Below, one piece after another: positions 37,155-47,739 of a DNA stretch of 64,000 nucleotides. The stretch spans positions 2,322,850 to 2,386,849 of the forward strand of contig CBDICG010000002.1 in the NCBI GenBank assembly GCA_965277275.1. Direction: 5' to 3'. Position 1 is the first letter of the stretch. Each line of letters begins with the position of its first letter. This DNA comes from Paracoccaceae bacterium. GTDB taxonomy: Bacteria; Pseudomonadota; Alphaproteobacteria; Rhodobacterales; Rhodobacteraceae. The translations under genes were made by a program, and so were the position numbers. Under the pieces are notes generated by a model. It did not search any database, had not been told where the DNA came from, and worked only from the letters and a program-made list of their open reading frames with translations.

Positions 37155-38462
37155 CTAGGCGTGCTGCGACGCGGGCCGGTGGTAGGGCTCCATAGCCACG
37201 GCCCCTGCGGTATGCCGCGCCGCGACCAGCGCAAAGACGCCCCACAGCCCGACGCTCACACCGACCCCGAGCAGGATCTGCGGCGCCGGGATGCCGAGAA
37301 GCGATGTCCAGTGAAACACGACAAAGCTCTGCGCCCCTCCGAAGAGAAGGATCAGCCCCATCGCCGCGCGCGGGCTGAACTGCGCCGCAAGGCCCGGCAG
37401 CATCAGGAGCGGCAGCACCATGTAGTGGATCCAAGCAAACCCACCGAAGAGCGTCATCACGAGGTACAGCATTCCGCCCGCAAGCCACACCCGCTCGCGC
37501 ACCGGCACCCGGCGCACCACCCAGAGCGAGATCCCGATGGCAGCGAGGGCGAGCACGGTTGTCGCCGTGGCGATCCAAGCGGGCTTCGGCAGCACCTGCG
37601 TGGCGGGAAGGCCGAACAGATCCACGCCGTCGAGCGCAGCCGCGGCCAGCCAGAGCACAGAGGACGCGCTCGCATTGATCCCGGCGAGAAAGACGACGCT
37701 GTCGAGTTCGGCCAAGGCAAAGAGGAACAGGCCATGGGCCTCGATCCCCGCAAGCGCGACGCTCAGCGCAAGGAGCAGCGCACCCGCGACAGCGAAGGCC
37801 CGCACCGCCACCCACATGCCGCAGACAGCGAACGCCAGCACCAGCAACCCGGGCGCAAGCTTGATGGCGGCGGCCACCGCCAGGAGCACGCCAGCCCAGT
37901 TTTGCCGCCCTCCCTGCGCCTGTTGCAGGGCAAGCAGGCACAGCGCGATGACGAGCGCCTGCGGTTGGCCGAGCGAGAAGGTGAAGAGCGTGGCGAGCGA
38001 TGTCTCAAGCAGCGCCACCGTCAGCAGCGCCAGCAGGATCGGCGACAGCGCTCCCTTCGGGATCATCCGCAGGCATGCATAGGCCCCGACAACAAGCGCT
38101 GCCGCATGGAGCGCATGGAAAACGTTGAAGAAATCCTGTGGGCCGACACGCTCGGCGATTGGCGCCAGCAAAGCGGCCCAAAGCGGCGGATAGACATAGC
38201 GGTTGAGCGCCTCGCCCGGATGTCCGAGCGCTGCGATCTCGGCGTCCCAGTCCGGCGTGACCCCGTAGCCGATGATGTGATCGGGTCCGGCATAGGCGGT
38301 CGCCCATGCGCCTTCGGCCACGAACCGCGCCGCGAGGTAGATTGCCGAAAGGTCGTCTCCCCAGACGCCCCAATACCGGATCGTCGCGGCCACGCCCCAC
38401 GCAACGAGGATCGCCAGCGCGGCGATGAATTGCGTGCGCTGTGTCGCGTCGTTTGCTTGCAC
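37155..38462 (-). CDS. Glycosyltransferase family 87 (DUF2029-like) membrane protein
   Basis: DDLSAIYLAA, YVYPPLW, LGQPQ, IKLAPG; about 10 TM segments. Confidence 0.82.
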   Translation of the reverse strand: MQANDATQRTQFIAALAILVAWGVAATIRYWGVWGDDLSAIYLAARFVAEGAWATAYAGPDHIIGYGVTPDWDAEIAALGHPGEALNRYVYPPLWAALLAPIAERVGPQDFFNVFHALHAAALVVGAYACLRMIPKGALSPILLALLTVALLETSLATLFTFSLGQPQALVIALCLLALQQAQGGRQNWAGVLLAVAAAIKLAPGLLVLAFAVCGMWVAVRAFAVAGALLLALSVALAGIEAHGLFLFALAELDSVVFLAGINASASSVLWLAAAALDGVDLFGLPATQVLPKPAWIATATTVLALAAIGISLWVVRRVPVRERVWLAGGMLYLVMTLFGGFAWIHYMVLPLLMLPGLAAQFSPRAAMGLILLFGGAQSFVVFHWTSLLGIPAPQILLGVGVSVGLWGVFALVAARHTAGAVAMEPYHRPASQHA

Positions 38463-38734
38463 GTCCTGCCCTCCTGGTCCGTGACGGTTCCGGCCGTGGC
38501 GCTACACTTGCCGCCCAATTCGGCCAGCGTTCGGTGGGAAAGCGGCAGGACAGGGGCAAATCGGCCCCCCGCTCGGCATGGCCCGTCGCGCCAATCTGTG
38601 ATGGACGGCCACATGTCCGCCCTCCGGCATCGTCATGCGCGCCCCTCTGCGCTAGATTTCCACTCAGCGCGAAAGGCGCGGCACCCGACGCCTTTTGCAC
38701 ACTCTTTCGGGCCTACGAAACAGGAGCGATCTGC

Positions 38735-40591
38735 ATGACCAAGGAAACCTACGGCTGCGCCTGCTGTACCGGCGGCTTTCACCGCATGTTCATGGAAAAC
38801 AACGCATTTCGCTCGATGGCGGCAGAGGCCACGGCCAATCCGGGCTGGTCGTGCAACTGGGGGGTCGATTTCATGAGCCTTGGGCGGCGCGACTTCATGA
38901 AGGCGGGCGCGGCCTCTGCGAGCCTCGCCGCCCTGATGCCCGGTGGCGCTGCCGCGCAAGCTGCCGATCCGGTGACCACTGTCTTCATCGGTGGCACGAT
39001 CCTGACGGTCGACGCCGCCTTTTCCGAGGCCGAAGCCATCGCCATCCGGGGCGAGCGTATTCTTGCCGTCGGATCTGAGGCCGACGTACGTGCCGCCGCC
39101 GGAGGCGCCGCAGAGATCGTCGACCTGCTGGGCAAGACGCTCCTGCCCGGCTTCATCGACTGCCACACCCACGTCGTGGCCGGGTCGATCGTCGACAGCA
39201 TCATGGAATATGTCGGCATGGCCCGCTACACGACGGCACAGGAGGTCCTCGGGCATATCGCGGCCCGCGCCGCAGAAGCCCCCGCCGGGGAGTGGCTTGT
39301 CTTCCGCAACTTCGACCCCGCCGTGCAGGAAGGCCCTGCCGCGCTGAACTTTGCCGAACTCGATCCGATCTCCACCGAACACCCGATCTTCATCATGAAC
39401 GCGTCCGGCCACATCGCCTACGCCAATTCGAAGGCCTTCGAGGTCTCGGACATTCCCGCAGATGTCGCCAACCCGCCGGGCGGTGAGTTCGTGCGCGACG
39501 CCGAAGGGCGCCTCACGGGGACGATCAAGAACAACGTCGCCTTCCTGCAGATCGCCTCGAACTACCCCGCAATGGCCACATCGGATCCGGTGGAGGGCCT
39601 GCTCACATTGCTCGACAAGTGGTCCGCCCTCGGCCTGACGACCGTCTCGGAGCTCAGCCTCGGCGCGCTCTCACAAACGCCTGCGGACACGCAGGTGATG
39701 GCCGCCGCCGCCCAGAGCGGCCGCATGTCCGCCCGCATCCGCGCCTACCCGTTCTACACGTTGGGTACCGAAGCGTGGGACGCCGCAGGCATTCGCCCCG
39801 GCTCGGGCACCGAACTCGCACGCGTCGCGGGCTACAAGCTCGTCGCCGACGGCTCCAACCAGGGCTACACCGGCCTGCAACGGGAGCCCTACCTCGGTAC
39901 CGAGGACGACCGCGGCCTTGCCTACATGAGCCCCGAAGAGCTCACCTCCGTCGCGCTGGAACGAGCCGAAAAGGGCTGGCCGCTGGCGATCCACGGCAAT
40001 GGAGACGCCGCCATCGACAGCATTCTCGATACCTGCGAGGCGCTGCGCGAGGCCGGGATCGACCTTGCCAATGTGCGCCCCCGGATCGAGCATTGCTCGA
40101 TCCTGCACGACGAACAGATCGCGCGGATGAAAGACCTTGGCGTCTCGGCAAGCTTCCTCATCGGCCACGTCTACTACTGGGGTGTCGCGATGCGCGACGA
40201 GGTCTTCGGCGCGGAAAAAGCCCAGCTCCTCGACCGCTGCCGCAGCGTGCACGAGGCGGGGATCGGCTTTACCCTGCACTCCGATTTCATGGTGACGGAT
40301 CCCAACCCGCTCCACATGATCGAGATGGCCGTTACCCGACGCACGTGGAAAGAGCCGGACTACGTCCTGGCACCGGAAGAACGGATCCCGGTGGAGGCCG
40401 CGATCCGCGCCGTGACATCCGAGGCGGCGTGGCAGCTTTTCTCCGATCACGAGGTCGGCAGCCTCGAGCCGGGCAAATTCGCCGATCTGGTGATCCTCGC
40501 GCAGGATCCGCGCGACGTCGCTCCGGATGGGATCAAGGACATCGCGGTGCTGGAGACGTGGATGAACGGGCAGCAGGTCTTTTCCGCCTAG
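38735..40591 (+). CDS. Tat-exported metal-dependent amidohydrolase (Amidohydro_3 / YtcJ-like)
   Basis: GRRDFMK Tat motif; PGFIDCHTH, IHGNGD, IEHCS, LHSD, GSLEPGKFADLVIL. Alternative ATG at 38873. Confidence 0.9.
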   Translation: MTKETYGCACCTGGFHRMFMENNAFRSMAAEATANPGWSCNWGVDFMSLGRRDFMKAGAASASLAALMPGGAAAQAADPVTTVFIGGTILTVDAAFSEAEAIAIRGERILAVGSEADVRAAAGGAAEIVDLLGKTLLPGFIDCHTHVVAGSIVDSIMEYVGMARYTTAQEVLGHIAARAAEAPAGEWLVFRNFDPAVQEGPAALNFAELDPISTEHPIFIMNASGHIAYANSKAFEVSDIPADVANPPGGEFVRDAEGRLTGTIKNNVAFLQIASNYPAMATSDPVEGLLTLLDKWSALGLTTVSELSLGALSQTPADTQVMAAAAQSGRMSARIRAYPFYTLGTEAWDAAGIRPGSGTELARVAGYKLVADGSNQGYTGLQREPYLGTEDDRGLAYMSPEELTSVALERAEKGWPLAIHGNGDAAIDSILDTCEALREAGIDLANVRPRIEHCSILHDEQIARMKDLGVSASFLIGHVYYWGVAMRDEVFGAEKAQLLDRCRSVHEAGIGFTLHSDFMVTDPNPLHMIEMAVTRRTWKEPDYVLAPEERIPVEAAIRAVTSEAAWQLFSDHEVGSLEPGKFADLVILAQDPRDVAPDGIKDIAVLETWMNGQQVFSA

Positions 40592-40855
40592 GGCCAGGCG
40601 GCGCGGGTGTCGGACACGAACACGCATGCAAAGACAGCCCGACGCCCCCGCCTGACACCGGCGCCAGCGCTTCGCCCGCCCTCATTGTTTCCGACACTGC
40701 GCCACTCACGGCAATTTCCCTCCATTGGCCGTGAATTGGGGTGCAATGGGGCGCGTCTGCTCCCTCATGCCCGCAAAATCGCCTAAATCCGGCGACACAG
40801 TTGCGTCGTGCGCACCGGGTAGTCGGGCGTACCCGCCCTTTGACCCCGAGGCCCG

Positions 40856-42322
40856 ATGGAGATCGTCCCGACAACGTTTCTGGCGCTGGCCGCGGTGGCG
40901 CTCCTTGTCTGGCTCGGGCCACGGCAGGGGCTCTGGGTCGTGCTCGCCCTGATGCCGTTCGGCGGGGCGGCGGCGTTCAACCTGCCCGCGCTGGGCGGCG
41001 CGACGATCGGCGTGACCGATCTCGCCGCGCTGTCGCTCTTCTGCCTCGTGCTGCTGACACACGGGGGCGCGGCGCGCTTTGTCGGTACGGCGCGGCCGTT
41101 CCAGCCGGGGTTCTGGCTCGTCTGCCTGATCTTCTGGTGCGCGGTGTCGGCGGTGTTCGCCCCGCGCCTCTTCGCGGGCGAAACCGAGGTCTTCAGTATC
41201 TCGCGCAGTGCCAACACCGAAGGGATCATCGCCATCCCGCTCCACCCCGGCACGGGCAACATCACCCAGCTCTTCCGGCTGTCGCTCGGGGTCATGGCCT
41301 TCCTCGCGGTCGCAACCGTCTTTCGTGATCGCCCGATGGTCCGCCCGGTCATGGTCGCGCTCACCGTGGCAACGCTCGTGCATGTCTCGCTCGGCTGGGC
41401 CGATGTGCTGACCCATGCCGCGGGCCTGCCCACGCTGCTCGACGCGATCCAGACGGCGAACTACGCCTTCCTCGACACGCACCGCATGCTCGGCTTCAAG
41501 CGGATGGTCGGCGGTTTCCCCGAGGCTTCGGCGTTCGGCACCTATTCCCTCGCCCTCGTTGCCTTCTGGCTGCACATCTGGATCGTGCGGCCCGAGACGC
41601 GCTGGGCGAGCCTCCTTCTGGCGCTCAGCGCCCTCGCGCTCCTGCGCTCCACCTCTTCGGCGAGCTATGCCAGTGCCCTTGCGTTTGCCGCGCTCTACGG
41701 CACGCTGATGATGCTGACCCACCTGCGGGACCGCGCGTCGCGGCGCGGTGTGGCCATGGCGGGGGGCCTGATGATCGCGGGCTGGATCGGTGCCGTCGGC
41801 CTTTTCGCCGCGTATCACCTCGCTGTGCCCGTCCGGGATTTCCTCGACATCGCCCTCTTCAACAAGCTCGACAGCGCGTCGGGCGTGGAGCGGTCGAGCT
41901 GGAACACCCAGGCGTGGCGCAACTTCCTCGATACCTACGGGATCGGTGCGGGGCTTGGCAGCGTGCGCGCCTCCAGCTGGTTCTTCGCGGCCCTTGGCAG
42001 TATCGGCCTGATCGGCACCGCGATCTACCTGTCCTTCCTTGGCAGCGTCGCCTGCGTCCCGAAGGGCAGCGACCCGGACCGCGCGGCCCTCATCGGCGCA
42101 CTCAAGACGTCATGTCTTGCGCTCTTCCTCGTGGCCCTGCTGACCAAGTCGACGCCCGATCTCGACGTCCCGTTCTTCCTGATGGCCGGGCTGATCGTCG
42201 GCCTGTCGCGCGGCGCCATGCTGGAGGAAAAGCGTACGGGCAGCGCGCCGCCCGTGCCGTTCAGCGGGGCGTGGATCCCGGCCGCCCCCATGCCGTCTGC
42301 GCGACGACATGCGCCACGATGA
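40856..42322 (+). CDS. Polytopic membrane protein, Wzy/O-antigen ligase-like
   Basis: 10 or more TM helices; RMVGGFPEAS, STSSASY, SGVERSSWN..GIGAGLGSVRASS periplasmic loop. Confidence 0.65.
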   Translation: MEIVPTTFLALAAVALLVWLGPRQGLWVVLALMPFGGAAAFNLPALGGATIGVTDLAALSLFCLVLLTHGGAARFVGTARPFQPGFWLVCLIFWCAVSAVFAPRLFAGETEVFSISRSANTEGIIAIPLHPGTGNITQLFRLSLGVMAFLAVATVFRDRPMVRPVMVALTVATLVHVSLGWADVLTHAAGLPTLLDAIQTANYAFLDTHRMLGFKRMVGGFPEASAFGTYSLALVAFWLHIWIVRPETRWASLLLALSALALLRSTSSASYASALAFAALYGTLMMLTHLRDRASRRGVAMAGGLMIAGWIGAVGLFAAYHLAVPVRDFLDIALFNKLDSASGVERSSWNTQAWRNFLDTYGIGAGLGSVRASSWFFAALGSIGLIGTAIYLSFLGSVACVPKGSDPDRAALIGALKTSCLALFLVALLTKSTPDLDVPFFLMAGLIVGLSRGAMLEEKRTGSAPPVPFSGAWIPAAPMPSARRHAPR

Positions 42323-42938
42323 GGCTGCCCACGAGCATCTCTCCGCCCTCTTCGAGCAGCTCCATGACCTGAACACGGAAGGCAAACGGGGGCAGCATGT
42401 TCTTGATCGCATCGACCCCCACCCCGAACGCCACGAGCACTGCGATCAGCAAGATGAGCCCGCCGACGGCGGCAATCCCGGCGCGCCGATCTACCCATAA
42501 CGCGTAGAGCAAAGGGCCTGCGAGCAGGACGGCAAATCCGCCGAAGACCACGAGTTCGCCCATGTCCTGTGCGTGCCCGCCCACGAGGCCGGATTGTGCG
42601 ATCACCGTTCCGAGCCGCTCGTGGATCTGGAGGAAGTCGTCGAGCGTCATCACGCACAGTACCAGCGCCATCGCGCCGTAGGTCGCGAGCCCGCTCCGGC
42701 GCCAGGCAAGTCCGAGCAGCACCGCGCAGAGCGCCCATTTCCCATAGCCGACCATCTCGGCGAGGCTCCAGTCCATCGCGATGTTCAGAAGCGGCGGGAT
42801 GCGTTCCAGAGTGATGCCCGCCGCGATGTGCAGGGCGATAAGGACGAGATCCACCGCAAGCAACCACGCCAGAACGGTGCGCTGCACAGGCAGGCCGCCG
42901 CTCGCACGCCATGGGATATTCACCGAGAGCTGGGTCAT
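42261..42938 (-). CDS. Hypothetical integral membrane protein
   Basis: About 6 TM helices; LDDFLQIHERLG, LLEEGGEM. Convergent 62-bp overlap with the previous gene. Confidence 0.75.
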   Translation of the reverse strand: MTQLSVNIPWRASGGLPVQRTVLAWLLAVDLVLIALHIAAGITLERIPPLLNIAMDWSLAEMVGYGKWALCAVLLGLAWRRSGLATYGAMALVLCVMTLDDFLQIHERLGTVIAQSGLVGGHAQDMGELVVFGGFAVLLAGPLLYALWVDRRAGIAAVGGLILLIAVLVAFGVGVDAIKNMLPPFAFRVQVMELLEEGGEMLVGSLIVAHVVAQTAWGRPGSTPR

Positions 42939-43618
42939 TGTGTGGTGCCGCTTCCCACGAATAGTCAGGAAATCAATCCTGCAACGAAAGCGCACTTTCG
43001 TGTCGTTGTCACATTTCGGCGCCCGATTGCCGCCAGCTACGAAACAGTGCCGCGTTGCTCGCCGGATTGCCTGTCAGTGCGGGGCAGTCGCGCGCCACTG
43101 ATGACACAATTCCAAGGATTCGGTGGTGCCCGCCTCGCTGTCTGGCCGTAGCGACGGTGGAGTCACCTCCAGCATGACCGGCACCCATGATCCGCCGCAA
43201 TCCGGGGGGATCGGCTCCGGGAGCGCGCAAGGCAGCGACGTTCATCATCACCCGGCACATGAGTGCGCATAGGCTCGTGCGGCCTGATCTGCCTCGATGC
43301 CGACGCGGCACCAGGGGGGCGGCGCACCTGCGATGGGTATTGGCATGCGCGGCTCCGGGCCGGACGACAAGGCGCCCGGGCGCGATGTCGCGACCGCGCC
43401 GCCACGCCGTGCACGCGTCGCGCTTCTGCCGTGCGCGCTCCCGGAGCCGCCCCTGTCCGACGACCTCACCGGTATCGCCACGCGCTTCGCCGATCCCGAG
43501 CGCGCCCGGGCCGGCGGCGTCAGCCTACGCCGCGGCCCACGTCATCAGCGAGGTCGGATCGTGAAGCAGCAAAGGCCGGCTTGCCCACCGCCCCCGTCCC
43601 AAATAATGGCCGGCTCCG

Positions 43619-44227
43619 CTAGGAGAGGTCTGCCGCGCCCAGAGCGCCGTCCCGCAGGAGCTTCTGCAGCACGTAGGCAACGCAAAGCGCGTCATCGAGG
43701 GCGTCGTGCCCCCGCAAGGGAGGGTGCTCGACCTTGTAGTAGGCAGCGAGCGTGTTGCTGCGGGTCTTGTTCAGGTCCTCATAGGGCATCCCGGCTCTGA
43801 TCAGCAGATCGCACGCATTGCCGAACTGCGTGACAGGCAGCGGCGGGGCAATACCGGCGACAAAGCAACTGATCGCCACGAGGTTGAATTCGTCCTTTCC
43901 CCAGGACCAGAGCGTCCCTCCATCGGCGAAGTCCGCCACGGCCGCCAGCACCTCGGCCAGCGGGGCGCCCTCCGCGTCGATCACGCCGTCCGATATGCCG
44001 GTCAGCCGGGTGAAGGCGGGATCGAGCGGCACGCGCACGCCGTCGCGCCCGATCGGGAGGACGTGACGGCGCAGGGTCTCGAGGATGGGAAACCCCTGTG
44101 CGAGGCCAAGCCGGACAAGACCGACCTGCGCCACGATCGGGTCGGGATCGCGCGGGCCGCACCAGAAGCGCGACGGCGCGCCCTCTGCCGTCAGAAACTC
44201 GCAGTCAAACACAATTGCCGTCTGCAC
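43619..44227 (-). CDS. DEDDh 3'-5' exonuclease family protein
   Basis: FDCEF, WGKD, HDALDDA. GTG 7 nt after GAGGAG. Confidence 0.85.
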   Translation of the reverse strand: MQTAIVFDCEFLTAEGAPSRFWCGPRDPDPIVAQVGLVRLGLAQGFPILETLRRHVLPIGRDGVRVPLDPAFTRLTGISDGVIDAEGAPLAEVLAAVADFADGGTLWSWGKDEFNLVAISCFVAGIAPPLPVTQFGNACDLLIRAGMPYEDLNKTRSNTLAAYYKVEHPPLRGHDALDDALCVAYVLQKLLRDGALGAADLS

Positions 44228-44284
44228 GTGCACTCTCCTCTCGTCTCACCCGGCCGTCGGCCGCCGCGAGGCCGCGTCCGGCGC

Positions 44285-44746
44285 TCACGACATTGGCACG
44301 AGGCGCTTTCCCATCCGCATCGGATCACCGCCCGCGATGGCGGTATACCCCTGCGCAAGATAGAACGGCTGCGCCGCCACCGTACTTTCCAACGTCGCGA
44401 CACGCGCCCCTTGCGCAAACGCGAGCCGCTCCAGCTCGCGCATCATGGCCTTGCTCACCCCCCTGAAGCGGGCCTCCGGCGCGACGTAGTTGACGACGAT
44501 CTCACCGGCAAAACTGACCATGCCGACACCGCAGAGCGCCGCCGCATCCTCTGCCACGATCAGCGCCGCATCGCGGCGCCCCAGCCACCCGGACCAGTTG
44601 TCGATTGTCTTGTTTGCCAGCCATGCCGCGAGCTCGGCGGGATCGTCGTGATGATCGGCGCGGCAAAGCTCTTTGATCGAGCGCCGGATCACATCCATCC
44701 CCGCCGCCGCATCGCCGTCCGTGGCTGGCCTAAGCTCCAGTGTCAC
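44285..44746 (-). CDS. GNAT family N-acetyltransferase
   Basis: NYVAPEARFRGVSKAMM, AQPFYLAQGY. GTG after GGGAGG. Confidence 0.9.
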   Translation of the reverse strand: MTLELRPATDGDAAAGMDVIRRSIKELCRADHHDDPAELAAWLANKTIDNWSGWLGRRDAALIVAEDAAALCGVGMVSFAGEIVVNYVAPEARFRGVSKAMMRELERLAFAQGARVATLESTVAAQPFYLAQGYTAIAGGDPMRMGKRLVPMS

Positions 44747-45113
44747 GCGTCCTCCCGAATGATCGGTGCCCGACCGGATCCCAAACCAGGGGGCCGGTCC
44801 GCCCTCAGCAGCGCGAGCACATATGCCCCCACAAAGCCCTGTTCGGCAGGGGGCAGGTGGCATTGACCGCTTGCTGATAGGTCCCGCCGAGCCGGTAGGC
44901 GTCCTGTTCACCCGCCCCATTTTACAGCCCCGCCCCAGCCCGAAACAACAGGCACATCTTGCTCGCTATCCTTCTCCCATGGGATGGGCTGGCCCAGGAT
45001 GCCGGAGCCACCGCCGGAGTTGCCAGTCACCACCAGCCCATGCACGATCCGCGGCGCGGCGCGGCAGTGCAGCGGGACCCGGCCTTGCAAGCGTCGATCT
45101 TCTCCCGCCAGAC

Positions 45114-45204
45114 CCGGTCGCCGGTCGCCGGTCGCCGGTCGCCGGTCGCCGGTCGCCGGTCGCAGGTCGTCGGTCGCCGGTCGCCGGTCGCAGGTCGTCG
45201 GTCG
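45114..45204. repeat. Heptamer tandem array (CCGGTCG)x13 with four variant units
   Basis: Counted directly: 91 bp; variants CAGGTCG x2 and TCGGTCG x2. Confidence 0.95.
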
Positions 45205-45278
45205 CCCGACTTGGCATCAAGCGCCACGACGCCCGCATCGTGCGTGTTGCACTCCTTGAAAAGCGAGCGGTGAGACAG

Positions 45279-45803
45279 GCGATCTCTTCCAACTGACGGA
45301 CGAGCAGATGGCGCGTCTGGAGCCCTGTTTCCCGAAGTCCCACGGCACGCCGCGGGTCGATGGCCGGCGCTTGCCGTCAGGGCTATTATCAACAATTCGC
45401 AGTGGGTTGCGCTCGTGTGGCGGCCCAAGAGAGCACGGTTCACACAAGACCCACGACAACCGCTGGAAACGATGGAGCGAGAAGGTTTGTTCGCACGGGT
45501 CCCGCCGTCGAATGCTTGCTTGCCGACCGAGGGTGCGATGCGGACTGGTTCCGCGAAGCCTTGCAGGTCAAGCGGTCACGCCCTGCATCCCCGACCGAAA
45601 GTCCCGCGGCGAGGCCGTCCGAAACGACAAGCGCCGCACCGCCCCTCTGGTGACATTGCTTCGCAATGCACGGCCAGGAAGTGACCAAGCTCATGTTCGG
45701 AAGGCTCAAGGATTGGCGGCACATCGCCACCGACCACGACCGCTGCCAGAAGGTCTTCTCGTCCGCCATCGCGCTGGCCGCAGCCGTCGTCTTCCGGCTC
45801 TGA
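45279..45803 (+). mobile_element. IS5-family transposase remnant with frameshifts and internal deletion
   Basis: DLFQLTDEQMARLEPCFPKSHGTPRVD..NRWKRWSEK joined directly to LLADRGCDADWFREAL..MFGRLKDWRHIAT..RCQKVFSSAIALAAAVVFRL. No inverted repeats recognised. Confidence 0.88.
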
Positions 45804-46204
45804 CCCTCACTGTGTCAGGCGCCTGGAACAGCGCTCGGCCCTCCCCGCAGGCGCCTGCGCCACGCCCCCGCTCTCGTTCCGCCCGATCCATCCGCGCCTC
45901 GCCGCCGCCGCCGGTCTTGCGCGGGCCACCCTCGCCGTCGATCACTGGCGGGCTCGCGCACGCCCCCGCCCGCCGTCGCCCCTGGCACGTCTCCCGCACG
46001 CCACCCGGGCCCCTGGCCTCGGCGTCAACGATGCCGCCCGCTGGTCTGCGGTATTGACGACGCGAACCACGTCGCCCCGTCGGGCGGCCGCATCGCCTCG
46101 ATCTTCGAGACCCACGGCCTCCCCATCTCTCAACCGAACGATAGGCGCCCGCGGCCCAATCGACCGCACAACTCACAACACATCGCGGGCGCCCGTTCCG
46201 GGGA

Positions 46205-46630
46205 TCAGAACGTGCCTTTCCAGATCAGCATCGCGCCCTTGTCGAAGTAGATCTGCCCCTTCTTGTCATCGATCTTGATCTTGCCCTCGAGGAAGAGGTT
46301 CTTCGACCCGAGCTTGATCTTGATCGTGTCGGCCTTGCCCGGCACGCTCGGCACACCTTCGAGCCGGATCGGCAGGAACAGGTCCTTCGGCGGTTTCTTG
46401 AGGTATGGCTTGAGGTCGAGCGGTTTGACCTTCTTCTCCTTGGACGCCTGCTTGTTGGCCTCCTGAACGGTCTTCTTCTTGACCTGCTCGAGGCACTTTT
46501 TGAGCTCTTTGGTGACCTTGGCGTCCATCTTGTTGGCCTTGAGCTGTTTCTCAAGGTCAGAGCACATCGTATCGAAGTCTTTCTCGATCTCCTTGACCGG
46601 GACTTCCTTCTCTTTGCCTTTGTCAGACAT
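46205..46630 (-). CDS. Lys-rich hypothetical protein (141 aa)
   Basis: GAAGGG RBS; consistent AAG/GAG/ATC codon use; intact among pseudogenes. Confidence 0.75.
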   Translation of the reverse strand: MSDKGKEKEVPVKEIEKDFDTMCSDLEKQLKANKMDAKVTKELKKCLEQVKKKTVQEANKQASKEKKVKPLDLKPYLKKPPKDLFLPIRLEGVPSVPGKADTIKIKLGSKNLFLEGKIKIDDKKGQIYFDKGAMLIWKGTF

Positions 46631-46868
46631 GCCAATTCCCTTCGTTCGCGTTTCCGGATCGTCGAATCTTCCGTAGAGGCAACATAGGGCCTGCGAGAAA
46701 GCGGTATAGTGCGTTCTCCAGGCCGGATCGCCCTGGTGGCGCCCCTTACGCCTAAAGTAGTACACGGCGTTGGTCCGGTTGGACTGGGGCTTACGCCTCA
46801 CCGATGGCCCCGGTGCGATCTTCAGGGCGCGACGCAGCGCGCGCCCTTCCCCGGAGGGTCCCATGCCC

Positions 46869-47520
46869 ATGGACCAGCTGGATCAGGCCGCCGCCGCCTC
46901 AGCAGCAGCCGCAAAGAGACGCTTCATCGCCAAGCGCTACGGGCATTGCATCGCCGATGAGCTCAAGGCACCCAACGCGGGCCGCTACTCCCGGAACACC
47001 CCGCCCGTCGCAGGCGCGATCTTCGGTGAGATTGGCCGCCCCGCCGCGTCCGACATCGACACCGCGCTCAATGCCACCCAACTTGGCGCCAACAGCGGAG
47101 GGCGGCACCTCGCCGACCGACCGCGCCAATAAGCCCCCCGCCATCGCTCAGCCCAGGACAAGCGACATCGAGACGCTGGCCCCCGCGCTCGCCGCCGACA
47201 ACTCCGTGGTGCTGAACGCTGCCGAGGAGACGCTCGCCTTCCTCCTGCACTGGGCCAAGAGGGCCGGCGACCCGCTGCCTGCGGGTGCGCTCGACATCGT
47301 CAGCGGCTTTGGTCTCGAGTGCGGCAAGCCGCACGCCACGTCGGACCCGATCGATATGGAGCCCTTCACCGGCGAGACGACGACAAGGCCGCCACATCAA
47401 ATAATACGCCGCAGAGAACATCATCCGGGTGACCCGGAAGATGAGCTGCAACTCCCCCAACACCTTCCACAAGCACGTGACGCAAGAGGTCGATCCGTTC
47501 TGCGACACCTGCCTCCCTGG
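46869..47520 (+). pseudogene. Aldehyde dehydrogenase (AldB/AcoD type) remnant
   Basis: KRYGHCIADELKAPNAGRY..GEIGR..DIDTAL; LAPALAADNSVVL; GALDIVSGFGLECGKP; FTGETTT. Stop at 47130-47132, frameshifts and deletions. Confidence 0.8.
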
Positions 47521-47739
47521 CCCAACCCGAGCGCCCAGTCGCCCCCGACGCCCCCGCAAAGCCCCGTTTTGCCACGCACTTTCCACCGGAACATGCCGGC
47601 CGACGCCCCGACCGCTCCTTCATCTTGGTCCAAATACCTCGGGGGAGCGCGCCGCCGGCGCGCGGGGGCAGCGCCCCCTCCATCGCTGCCCCACAGCCCA
47701 CAGCCCCCCAGGGTGGCAAATGCGCCCTTGGGCTGCGTC

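Noticed and set aside
42940-43618. Possible gene remnant between the membrane protein and the exonuclease (also 10306-11190, 27582-28244, 44750-45110)
   Set aside because: No frame with consistent codon bias or recognisable motif; left as unannotated intergenic DNA.
45942-46169. Fragment RRGDVVRVVNTADQR resembling an FlgA/SAF C-terminus
   Set aside because: Too short and weak to support by eye.
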